Source of the DNA: Dehalococcoidia bacterium
GTDB lineage: Bacteria > Chloroflexota > Dehalococcoidia > Lucifugimonadales > UBA3495
Length of the DNA: 64,000 nucleotides
NCBI GenBank assembly: GCA_965261945.1
Contig: CBDHEF010000001.1
Span: 463,150 to 527,149, forward strand
Reading direction: 5' to 3'
This document shows, piece by piece, positions 38,299-46,456 of this stretch. A model generated the notes under the pieces. The model saw nothing but the letters and a program-made list of their open reading frames with translations. It was not told the origin of the DNA and did no database searches. The position numbers and the translations under genes are program-made. Within the stretch, counting starts at the first letter, position 1; every line of letters starts with the position of its first letter.

Positions 38299-39609
38299 TT
38301 ACAGCCGCCGGTTGTCTACGACGCGGGCGGCCTTGCCCTCGCTGCGGGGCAGTTGCCGGGGCGCAACTACCTCGACGCGGCAGCCGACTCCCAGGCTGCT
38401 CTGCAACGACTCGGCCAACGACTCGGCCAACGACTGCCCGGCAGCGGATATGCCGATGCCAACGCGATGCAATTCCTCCGACGCTTCCACCCGGACAGTC
38501 AACTCGTCCATGCGCGAATCACCCCGCTCCAAGAGAAGCTCGTAGTGCGGCTCCAGCCCCTCCGTCCGAAGTAGCACGGTCTCAATTTGCGAGGGAAAGA
38601 CGTTGACGCCGCGAATAATAAGCATATCGTCGGTACGGCCCAGGGGTTTGCTCATCCGGGCCGTGGTGCGCCCGCAGCCGCACTGCCCTCGCTCAAGACA
38701 GGTCAGGTCGCCGGTACGGTAGCGCAGCAGAGGCAACGCCTCCTTGGTAACGCAGGTCAGCGTCAACTCGCCGGTATCCCCATCAGCAAGAGGCTCGCCG
38801 GTGTTCGCATTGATGACTTCCGGGATAAAGTGATCTTCGGCCAGATGCAGGCCCTCTTTCGCGGGGCATTCCATCGCCACCGCCGGCCCCATCACCTCGG
38901 ACAGGCCGTAGATGTCGAGGGCCGTGATGCCCAGCCGCGCCTCGATCTCCACCCGCATCTCTTCCGACCACGGCTCCGCGCCGAAGACGCCCAGCCGCAG
39001 CCGTCCCAAGTCGGCGCCCATTTCCGCCGCCTGCTCGGCGATAAGCAGCGAGTACGATGGAGTGCAGCAAAGAACAGTTGCGCCGAAGTCCTGCGCAAGC
39101 TCCACCTGCCGCCGTGTGTTGCCCGCCGACACCGGCACCACCGTCGCTCCCATACGCTCGCCGCCGTAATGCAGCCCCAGCCCGCCGGTGAACAGCCCAT
39201 AGCCATAGGCGACGTGAATGACGTCATTCCGGTCAGCCCCCGCAATGCTCAGGGCACGAGCCGCCAGATCGGCCCAAACGGCGATGTCATTGGCGGTGTA
39301 GCCCACCACCGTCATCTTGCCGGTCGTCCCGCTGGAAGCGTGAACCCGCACCACCTCGCTCATGGGAACTGCGAACAGCCCGTAGGGATAGTTGTCGCGC
39401 AGGTCCTGCTTGACGGTGAAGGGCAGCCGGGCCAGGTCGTCCGGCGATCGTATGTCCTCCGGCGCGATGCCCGCCGTGCCCAGCTTCTCGCGGTAGAAGG
39501 GGACGCGCCCGGCGACGCGCTCCACGCAGGCGCGCAGGCGCTCCGTCTGCAAAGCGGCCATCTTATCCCGCGAAATAAGCTCCACCGGGTCCCGAAGCGG
39601 ACTGTCCAA
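38299..39609 (-). CDS. phenylacetate-CoA ligase-like adenylate-forming enzyme
   Basis: VHASSGTTGKMTVV P-loop, PaaK-like N-terminus (LQTERLRACVERV...VPFYREKL), and C-terminal GKAARVVD. TTG 39609 has GAGGGGGG 7 nt upstream and is preferred, because ATG 39708 would overlap the divergent Uma2 gene. Confidence 0.8.
   Translation of the reverse strand: MDSPLRDPVELISRDKMAALQTERLRACVERVAGRVPFYREKLGTAGIAPEDIRSPDDLARLPFTVKQDLRDNYPYGLFAVPMSEVVRVHASSGTTGKMTVVGYTANDIAVWADLAARALSIAGADRNDVIHVAYGYGLFTGGLGLHYGGERMGATVVPVSAGNTRRQVELAQDFGATVLCCTPSYSLLIAEQAAEMGADLGRLRLGVFGAEPWSEEMRVEIEARLGITALDIYGLSEVMGPAVAMECPAKEGLHLAEDHFIPEVINANTGEPLADGDTGELTLTCVTKEALPLLRYRTGDLTCLERGQCGCGRTTARMSKPLGRTDDMLIIRGVNVFPSQIETVLLRTEGLEPHYELLLERGDSRMDELTVRVEASEELHRVGIGISAAGQSLAESLAESLQSSLGVGCRVEVVAPRQLPRSEGKAARVVDNRRL
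38404..38439 (-). repeat. 12-bp tandem repeat (x3, third imperfect) inside the PaaK-like gene
   Basis: caacgactcggc caacgactcggc caacgactgccc; encodes the (AESL)n stretch near the C-terminus, in frame. Confidence 0.85.
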
Positions 39610-39677
39610 CGCTATACCCCCCTCGCAACCTGTCCAGTATACTTCACTGCGTAAGGAGAGATTTCCTGGAGGCTCCG

Positions 39678-40370
39678 ATGACGACCACAATGACCGGACT
39701 CCCGCCAATGCGCCGGTTCACCCCGCAGGAGTGCGAGGCCCTGGTTTCCGCCGGCATCATCGCCGACGGCGAGCAGTCAGCCGTGCTGTCCGGCGTCCGC
39801 CTCTTCACGGGGGACGAATGCCGGGACATGGTAAAAGCCGGCGTATTGAACAGACGCGACCGACTCGAACTAATTGAAGGAAAGATAGTTGTTATGGCTC
39901 CCATAGGCGAACATCACCATGCGGGTGTCGATTGGCTGAATATGTTGCTGGTTACGGCTTTACTTGGCCGGGCGATGGTTCGAGTAGGCGGGTCAATCTT
40001 TCTGAACGACCTCAGCGCCCCCCAACCTGACATTGCAGTGGTCAGGCTGCACCCCATAACCGACCTAGTCCGTATCGACTCGACCGAGGTTTACTTCCTC
40101 ATCGAGGTCGCCGACAGTTCGCTCAGCTACGATAGCGGCCCCAAGCTGGCCCGTTACGCCGCCGCAAGCATCCCAGAAGTCTGGGTCGCCAACCTGCGAA
40201 TCTGGGAAGTTACCGTCTACGCCGACCCGTCCGGCTCGGAATACGCCACCGTCACCGCCTACCGCCCCGGCGACAGCATCAGCCCCCGCGCCTTCCCCGA
40301 CATCGCGCTGGCCGTCGACGAATTCATGCCCCCGGCCACCCACGGCCGCGACGCGGCGACATCCGTTTGA
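39678..40370 (+). CDS. Uma2-family (DUF820) endonuclease
   Basis: RLELIEGKIVVMAPIGEHH, PQPDIAVV, YFLIEVADSSLSYDSGPKLARYAAASIPEVWVANL. Confidence 0.8.
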   Translation: MTTTMTGLPPMRRFTPQECEALVSAGIIADGEQSAVLSGVRLFTGDECRDMVKAGVLNRRDRLELIEGKIVVMAPIGEHHHAGVDWLNMLLVTALLGRAMVRVGGSIFLNDLSAPQPDIAVVRLHPITDLVRIDSTEVYFLIEVADSSLSYDSGPKLARYAAASIPEVWVANLRIWEVTVYADPSGSEYATVTAYRPGDSISPRAFPDIALAVDEFMPPATHGRDAATSV

Positions 40371-40431
40371 CCGCGTCCGGCCCGAACCATAGAATTACCG
40401 GCGACTCCCATTCCACCCTCGGAGAGCAGCC

Positions 40432-40944
40432 TTGCCCGTATCCTCCGCCAACTCCAAGATCATCTACGGCGCCCTCAAGGACGCCGGGGTCAGCATCGTT
40501 TCCGCTCTGCCCGAGACCTGGCTGGTCCACCTGGTCGGCATGGCCGACGACGACCCCGAGGTCACGCTGGTGCGGCTGAACAAGGAAGAAGAAGGCGTGG
40601 GCATTTCCGCCGGGGCGCACCTGGCCGGGCGGAAATCGGCCATGCTGATGCAGAACCACGGGCTGCTGACTTCCATCAACGGCATCGTGTCGCTGGCGCA
40701 GCTCTACCGCATACCGCTGCTGATGCTCATCAGCTACCGCGGCGAGATGGGTGAGCGCGACCCCTGGCAGACCGAAGGCGGGCTGGTCACCGAGCGGGTG
40801 CTGGACGCTCTGGGCATCATGTACCGCAAGATGTCGGACCCGGCGCTGGTGGCGCGGGACATCCGGCAGGCCCAGACCCTGGCGGAAAGCTCGCTGCGCC
40901 CGGTGGCGCTGCTGCTCACCCGCGAACTGATGTGGGAGGACTGA
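40432..40944 (+). CDS. TPP-dependent decarboxylase alpha subunit (sulfopyruvate/phosphonopyruvate decarboxylase-like)
   Basis: IIYGALKDAGVSIVSALPETWL...EEEGVGISAGAHLAGRKSAMLMQNHGL is typical of the ComD-like N-terminal TPP-enzyme half. Confidence 0.75.
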   Translation: MPVSSANSKIIYGALKDAGVSIVSALPETWLVHLVGMADDDPEVTLVRLNKEEEGVGISAGAHLAGRKSAMLMQNHGLLTSINGIVSLAQLYRIPLLMLISYRGEMGERDPWQTEGGLVTERVLDALGIMYRKMSDPALVARDIRQAQTLAESSLRPVALLLTRELMWED

Positions 40945-40946
40945 CG

Positions 40947-41510
40947 ATGCTGCGGGAAGACGCGCTGCGGGCCATTTACCCCAAGCTGAAAGACCAGGTC
41001 GTAGTCACCATCATGGGCGCCGTGGCCGTCGAGCTGTACAACCTGGGCCACCAACCCAACTTCTTCTACCTCGAGCACGGCATGGGCCTGGCGTCCTCGA
41101 TGGGCCTCGGCCTCGCCCTGTCGCTGCCCGACCGGCAGGTCACGGTGCTGGACGGCGACGCCTCCCTGCTGATGAACCTGGGAACCCTGAGCACCCTGGC
41201 CCGCTACCGTCCGCCCAACCTGACCCACCTGATATTCGACAACGAGAGCTTGCTCTCGGTAGGCGGCTTCCCCTCGGCCACCGGCACTGGCACAGACCTT
41301 GCCGGAGTAGCCCGCGAAGCAGGCGTGGAGCACGTCGCCAAGGCCGACACTGTGGAGGCGCTGGAGGAAGCCTACGCCGCCGCCACCGGCCGCCCCGGCC
41401 TCTCGGTAATCCACTCCAAGGTCGAAGCGGTAGGTCCGCCATCCTTCGCCATGGACATCGGCCTGCTGGAAAACCGCTTCGAGTTCGCCCGGCATTTGCG
41501 GGGCGGTTAG
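40947..41510 (+). CDS. TPP-dependent decarboxylase beta subunit (ComE-like)
   Basis: GMGLASSMGLGLAL...VLDGDASLLMNLGTLSTL...IFDNES is the TPP-binding GDG..N motif. ATG 40947 has GGGAGGA 6 nt upstream. Confidence 0.75.
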   Translation: MLREDALRAIYPKLKDQVVVTIMGAVAVELYNLGHQPNFFYLEHGMGLASSMGLGLALSLPDRQVTVLDGDASLLMNLGTLSTLARYRPPNLTHLIFDNESLLSVGGFPSATGTGTDLAGVAREAGVEHVAKADTVEALEEAYAAATGRPGLSVIHSKVEAVGPPSFAMDIGLLENRFEFARHLRGG

Positions 41511-41549
41511 TAGCCAATCCAAGATATTATTGTTTGAAAGTTACATAGG

Positions 41550-42437
41550 TTACATCGCGGCGGCAAACAATTCGTCAGGCAGTTGGTCCACCGCCGCAAC
41601 AATGCTCCCAGTATCGGACGGGGGCTCAGTTAAAGTCTTATTAACCCGTTCATTCAAGAAAGCGTACAGCTCGGTCAAGGGGCGGTTATTCCTGATTTGA
41701 ATGAAGCAGACTTGGCGGTTCTCCGCAGTCTGCCGAGCGTTGGAGCGGGGGCCAATCTGGTCAAATATGACTATCCCGCCAGGGCCGACACGTTCTATTT
41801 TGTCCTCTATAACTTCCTGGTTGCCCCGCTCAATCAGTCCCATCTCAACTCGAATACGTCCGCGGCGACTGGCAATTTCCACGTCCATCTCACGGGAAAC
41901 TTCAGCATCTCGCTGCATATTGCGCCAGAAATCTATGCCTTCTTCCAATCCCAAGATCGTAAGTCCGGCGCGTAGAAAAGCCCCTTCCAGCGTTTTTCCA
42001 GCGGATGACTTTCGGGAACCGCGAATAGTCAAAGTCGCTGCTCCGGCCCAAATCATCAGCATTGCATCGTCGAAAGACAAGCCGGGAGAGTTATCTGTGA
42101 CGTCTTTAACGTGCTGGGCTACTTCCTCCAGATAATTGAATCGTTCCTCCCGGCGTACTCCCAAGTTCTGCGCGGTTTTGTTGGTCAAGCCCAGCATCCA
42201 CCAAGCCAAATCGTTACTACTCTGTTCCAGCTCCTTGCGGACTGCGGCCATCCACTGGTCATATCCAGCGCCGTTGGGCAGGCGGCTCTTGATTGCGATT
42301 AACTGACGGTAGGCGTCAAGTAATTGGTTGCGTGTCTGGCCTTCAGTGTACAGGCGGTAGTTGTACCCCTGGAACAACGCTGCGACAATCTGCCGCACTC
42401 CCGAAACGGACCTCAGGTCATACAGATCAGGCGTCAT
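41550..42437 (-). CDS. candidate type II restriction endonuclease (family not recognised)
   Basis: 295-305-aa ORF directly downstream of, and overlapping, the methyltransferase gene. It has acidic/Lys-rich stretches (EMDVEIASRRGRIRVEMGLIERGNQEVIEDK) compatible with a PD-(D/E)xK core. The call rests on gene context only. Confidence 0.45.
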   Translation of the reverse strand: MTPDLYDLRSVSGVRQIVAALFQGYNYRLYTEGQTRNQLLDAYRQLIAIKSRLPNGAGYDQWMAAVRKELEQSSNDLAWWMLGLTNKTAQNLGVRREERFNYLEEVAQHVKDVTDNSPGLSFDDAMLMIWAGAATLTIRGSRKSSAGKTLEGAFLRAGLTILGLEEGIDFWRNMQRDAEVSREMDVEIASRRGRIRVEMGLIERGNQEVIEDKIERVGPGGIVIFDQIGPRSNARQTAENRQVCFIQIRNNRPLTELYAFLNERVNKTLTEPPSDTGSIVAAVDQLPDELFAAAM

Positions 42438-43662
42438 GGCCTGCACTCCAGAAGTATTGCAGATCATCGAAGTCCACGGGTTGAGACAGGGGCATTTGCC
42501 GCAGTTCCCGTTCCATTACCTCGAAATAATCCGGCTGTTTTTCGATGAGTATGAAGCGGCGGCCCATAGCAGTGGCGACCCGGCCCACGGTGCCGGTGCC
42601 AGCGAAGGGATCCAAAACGCAGTCTCCCTCAAAGGAGTAGTACCGCAACACTCGGCTGACCAGTTCGTCGGGAAACACGGCCGGATGAAGTGCGTGGTTA
42701 GACGGAGTGATGTCCCAGACGTTGGTCTTGTCGTACTCTCCCAGTATGCGAGACCGCTCCACCGCCTGCGGGTCGGGATGACTGCGAAGGTTCCAGTCAA
42801 TCAGGCGGTCGGTCTTTTTACGATAAACCAGCACATACTCTGTAACTGTAACCGGCTTGTACTGTAACGGCTGGCGGTCTGCGGCGAAGCGGCGGCCTCG
42901 TCCCAAATGCCACCCGGCGCCTTCAGGCTTGCGCCAGATAATATCATCTATAAACTCTAAACCGATGCGGTTAAGGACCGAATGGAGGTCAAAGGGAATG
43001 GGAAGCCGCTTGCTGGCCGTGCTTCGGGAAGTGCGCCGCACTAGCACCGGGGATACGTTAACGATTAAGAAGCGGCCTTCGGCAAGGACGTCGTGGCAAG
43101 CCTCGAAAACTTTGCCAAGGTAGTCAAGATAGGACGGATAATCAACGTACTCTGCGCATTCGGGCTTGGCGTTAAAGTAGGGTGGCGAAGTAAACACCAG
43201 TTGGGCGCTGCTGGGCGGGAATTCTGCAAGCACGTCCCTGCAATCACCCAAAATGACCTTATTGGGGATGGGCGGAAAAGAGATCCGGGATTTTCTAGCG
43301 TTCCGGCTTGGCTGTTGGCTCTGGCGGATGGAATTCAGCCGCTCATCAACCATCGTAGGGGCAGGGGCGCGGAGTATTTCGCCAGTGCGATCAATCTGAA
43401 TTTCGCCTATGGACTGAACGGGGTTATCGGCTGGAACCAAAGCAACGCGCCAACGCCCCAATCGGTCATCCCATTCCGGGAGCCCCAACGATACAGAAGC
43501 AGAAAGCGGGCCGGGAAGACATTCCTGAAGCCAGCGCCGGGCCAAGCGGCGCGCATCGCCGGTGAGCAGCGGGGTAGCGGTCATATCCCTCGAAACTGGA
43601 CTCCAAGTTTTGTGGGCCGTTGCGTTGGCGCATATTGTAGGCAATTCGCCACACACTAACAA
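42427..43662 (-). CDS. beta-class DNA methyltransferase with SPPY motif (R-M 2)
   Basis: Motif IV is LVFTSPPYFNA; motif I is CVLDPFAGTGTVGRVA near the C-terminus. There is a ~130-aa N-terminal extension of unknown function, and the start is uncertain. Confidence 0.85.
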   Translation of the reverse strand: MLVCGELPTICANATAHKTWSPVSRDMTATPLLTGDARRLARRWLQECLPGPLSASVSLGLPEWDDRLGRWRVALVPADNPVQSIGEIQIDRTGEILRAPAPTMVDERLNSIRQSQQPSRNARKSRISFPPIPNKVILGDCRDVLAEFPPSSAQLVFTSPPYFNAKPECAEYVDYPSYLDYLGKVFEACHDVLAEGRFLIVNVSPVLVRRTSRSTASKRLPIPFDLHSVLNRIGLEFIDDIIWRKPEGAGWHLGRGRRFAADRQPLQYKPVTVTEYVLVYRKKTDRLIDWNLRSHPDPQAVERSRILGEYDKTNVWDITPSNHALHPAVFPDELVSRVLRYYSFEGDCVLDPFAGTGTVGRVATAMGRRFILIEKQPDYFEVMERELRQMPLSQPVDFDDLQYFWSAGHDA

Positions 43663-43736
43663 TGCGCCTCTGTCATGTCCATCGACAAAACGGACGATCG
43701 TTATACCGGAACCTGTCCATGCCGAGCAGGAAGAAC

Positions 43737-43772
43737 GCCCTCACCCTATCCCCTTCACAAGGAGAGAGGGGC
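43737..43772 (-). repeat. REP-like element, reverse orientation, degenerate hairpin (family A)
   Basis: gccctcaccctatccccttcacaaggagagaggggcc. Confidence 0.55.
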
Positions 43773-43782
43773 CTGCTCCTCC

Positions 43783-44661
43783 TTACAGCGCCGCCGCCGC
43801 CACGCGCTCCAGCGCTTCCACTGTTTCCCGCTCCCCGCGCGTCGTTAGCATGTGCACAATATGGTCCGCCCCCGCGTCGAAGAAGCGGCGGTTCTGCTCC
43901 CGGTCCGGCGGCGCGTCCCACATGGTGATGTTCAGCGCCGACGGGTCGCGTCCGTTGACCCGGTACAGCTCCTCGATGTGCCGTCGAGCCTCGGGCAGCT
44001 TGTCCGGGTCGCTGTATTCCGACGTGTTGCGGGCGCGGGGCAGCCAGCCGTCTCCGTAATCGGCCACTCGTTGCGCCGCCCGCCGCAGTTCCCCGCCGAC
44101 CATCACCGGCGGATGCGGTTGCTGCACCGGCTTGGGGTTGCAGATGATGGGCGGGAAGTCCACCCACTTGCCGTGAAACTCCGACACCGGCTCTGTCCAC
44201 AGCTCCTTCATGGCGTATACGTACTCCCGCGTCTGCGCCCAGCGGCGAGGGAAGTCCGCGCCCAGCGCTTCCGCCTCGCCCTGCAACCATCCGGCCCCGA
44301 TGCCGAAGATGAATCGCCCGCCTGAAACTAAGTCCAGAGTAGCCACCTCCTTGGCCAGGCGGATGGGGTTGCGCTCCGGCACCAGGCAGATGCCCGTCCC
44401 CAGCTTGACCGACGTGGTGGCCGAAGCCGCTGCGGCCAGATACACCAGCGGATCGATGATCTGGTTGATGCGTCCGTCCGAGTAGGCGCTGGGCGCGCCC
44501 GCTGCGGCCCCTGAAGCCCCCACGCTGAAATCCGCAGGAACCACCCCATGCTCCGGCGCCCACAGCGACCCGAATCCCAGCTCCTCCACCTTCCGCGCCA
44601 GCCCAACAATGTCAAAGTCGTGCTGCGTCATCAGCAAGCAAATGCCAACCTCTACCATCAT
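43783..44661 (-). CDS. LLM-class (luciferase-like) flavin-dependent oxidoreductase
   Basis: LGFGSLWAPEH, GTGICLVPERNP, GGRFIFGIGAGW. Confidence 0.85.
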   Translation of the reverse strand: MMVEVGICLLMTQHDFDIVGLARKVEELGFGSLWAPEHGVVPADFSVGASGAAAGAPSAYSDGRINQIIDPLVYLAAAASATTSVKLGTGICLVPERNPIRLAKEVATLDLVSGGRFIFGIGAGWLQGEAEALGADFPRRWAQTREYVYAMKELWTEPVSEFHGKWVDFPPIICNPKPVQQPHPPVMVGGELRRAAQRVADYGDGWLPRARNTSEYSDPDKLPEARRHIEELYRVNGRDPSALNITMWDAPPDREQNRRFFDAGADHIVHMLTTRGERETVEALERVAAAAL

Positions 44662-44700
44662 ATCCCCCTGTGTCTAGTATGGTGTCTGTAACCACTTATC

Positions 44701-45750
44701 TCATTGCCGCAGGGGCGCACAGCCTTGCGCCCCTGCATTCGCAACATCGGACGCATCCCCAAACGCCCGCCACTTAATCCCCTCTTCCCGAATCCTCCGC
44801 TCAATCACCGCCCATGCCGCTGGCGATTCGTCCATGCCAACAAACCGCCGGCCCAAACGCGCGGCCTCCAGCAGCGTACTGCCACTGCCGGCGTAGCAGT
44901 CCAGCACCGTGTCGCCCGGCTCCGATGAGGTCAGGATGATTCGCTCCAGCATGGCCACGTTCTTCTGCGTCGGATAGCTGGGACGCTGCGGGTCCTTGTA
45001 GACCCATACGTCCTGCGGCAGCTTGCCTGCCGAATCGCCGGCATAGATTATCTTGCGCGGGTTGCCGGTGCTGCTCCAGGCTATCAGGCCGGCGGCGTCC
45101 AGTTCGTCCAGCTTGTCCGGCGGGTAGCGCCAGTGACGTCCCGCAGGCGGCGGCTTTCCTCGCCACAGCCTGCCGGTTGGGCCGTTTCGCGTCGTGCCGG
45201 GGGCATGAAGCGGCGTGGTGGCGTAGCGGCGGCCTTCATCGTCCACCAGCGGATAGCGGGATTCAGCGTCGTCATGGGTCAGCGGCTCTTCCTGTGGATG
45301 CCACTTGATGCGTTGCGGCGACACGGAATAGAAGAGAATCGTGTCCTTGATGTTGCCGTAGGAGTAGCGGTTGAAGTTCTTGGGGTTGCACTTGATGCGC
45401 GTGATGCTGTTGCGGAAGTTGTGGGGACCGAAAACCTCGTCCAGCAGCAGGCGAACATGATGCTCCATCTTCACGTCTATATGAACGTATATGGAGCTGT
45501 CACCGGCCATAACCGAATGGATAGCCTTAAGCCGCAGCCATAGCTGCTCCAGGTAGTCGTCTGTTTCCCAAGTATCGGAGTATGCCAGTTCTCCCGAGGC
45601 GCTGATGGAGTTGGCCCGTTCAGCGTCCATCAGGAATTCGTTGTTGGTGGCGAAGGGCGGGTCAATGTACACCAGGTCAACCTGTATGCCCAATTCGGCG
45701 AGCAGATTCAGCCCTTCCAGATTGTCCCCGGCGTGAAAGAGGTGTTCCAT
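44701..45750 (-). CDS. orphan beta-class N6-adenine-type DNA methyltransferase
   Basis: VDLVYIDPPFATNNEF (motif IV) is N-terminal and VLDCYAGSGSTLLEAARLGRRFVGMD (motif I) is C-terminal. No endonuclease-like neighbour is present. Confidence 0.85.
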   Translation of the reverse strand: MEHLFHAGDNLEGLNLLAELGIQVDLVYIDPPFATNNEFLMDAERANSISASGELAYSDTWETDDYLEQLWLRLKAIHSVMAGDSSIYVHIDVKMEHHVRLLLDEVFGPHNFRNSITRIKCNPKNFNRYSYGNIKDTILFYSVSPQRIKWHPQEEPLTHDDAESRYPLVDDEGRRYATTPLHAPGTTRNGPTGRLWRGKPPPAGRHWRYPPDKLDELDAAGLIAWSSTGNPRKIIYAGDSAGKLPQDVWVYKDPQRPSYPTQKNVAMLERIILTSSEPGDTVLDCYAGSGSTLLEAARLGRRFVGMDESPAAWAVIERRIREEGIKWRAFGDASDVANAGAQGCAPLRQ

Positions 45751-45879
45751 TCAGTCGGCCCCCGGCGGCGAAAAGGTAGCAGCGTAAATGTCGTTAGACT
45801 GTATCGTATTCCATCTGGATATTTCACGCGCCAAGTGTCGGCAAAATGGCCCGTTTCGCTTTACCGGCTTACAAGCATA

Positions 45880-45916
45880 AGAAAACGCCCCCCTTTTGCA
45901 GTGGAAAAGGAGGGCG
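45880..45916 (-). terminator. candidate intrinsic terminator / family-B hairpin
   Basis: cgcccccctttt (45886-45897) pairs with aaaaggagggcg (45905-45916) with 1 mismatch. On the minus strand it is followed by TTTTCTT, downstream of the ferredoxin gene. Confidence 0.45.
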
Positions 45917-45940
45917 GCAGGTTCCAAAGCGGCGCGATGG

Positions 45941-46165
45941 TTACGGGAAGAGCTGCTCGCCGGTTTCAGCGTCCATCACGCTGATGGCGGCCATGGGGCA
46001 CTGCTCGGCCGCTTCGATGATTATCTCCTCGGTGTCTCCGTCAACATCCGCCGGGATGGCTTGGCGGTCATCGTTGAGCGTGAGCGCCTTGGTGGCGATC
46101 GAAATGCACATCTGGTTGCCGACGCACAGATTATGGTCGACCGATACGCTGATTTTTCTGGCCAT
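45941..46165 (-). CDS. small single-cluster ferredoxin (P450-type)
   Basis: Last 74 aa of ORF 45941..47353: MARKISVSVDHNLCVGNQMCISIA...EAAEQCPMAAISV (CxxxxxC...CP). The remainder of that ORF is antisense to the GMC gene. Confidence 0.75.
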   Translation of the reverse strand: MARKISVSVDHNLCVGNQMCISIATKALTLNDDRQAIPADVDGDTEEIIIEAAEQCPMAAISVMDAETGEQLFP

Positions 46166-46330
46166 GTCCTCCCCCAGCATTGCGGGATGTAGCTGTAGGC
46201 AGCCCCGCGGGAAGTCGCTGCCACCCTGCCGGCCGACCCGGACAAGGTGGCCGCATTCTATCAGCGGCCCAATTACCCGGTCAACCGGAGGAACCCTTCC
46301 TGTGCAGTTGACGACACCCTCAGCCACTAT

Positions 46331-46365
46331 CCACTCCCCCTTGAGGGGGAGGGTTAGGGTGGTGG
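46331..46365 (+). repeat. REP-like hairpin + G-rich tail (family A)
   Basis: ccactcccccttgagggggagggttagggtggtgg. Confidence 0.75.
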
Positions 46366-46456
46366 TGAAATTCTCGCCGCACAATACTGCCTCACGCCAA
46401 AAGACACTCCCCAAAAACCGTGTACAATGGCCCAAACCACCCGAGGGAGCAACCCC

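Noticed and set aside
38255-38300. Possible additional REP copy (ggggactcccccctgatcttcccccaggggagaagg)
   Set aside because: The stem is poor and the G-rich tail is missing. It is too degenerate to count with confidence.
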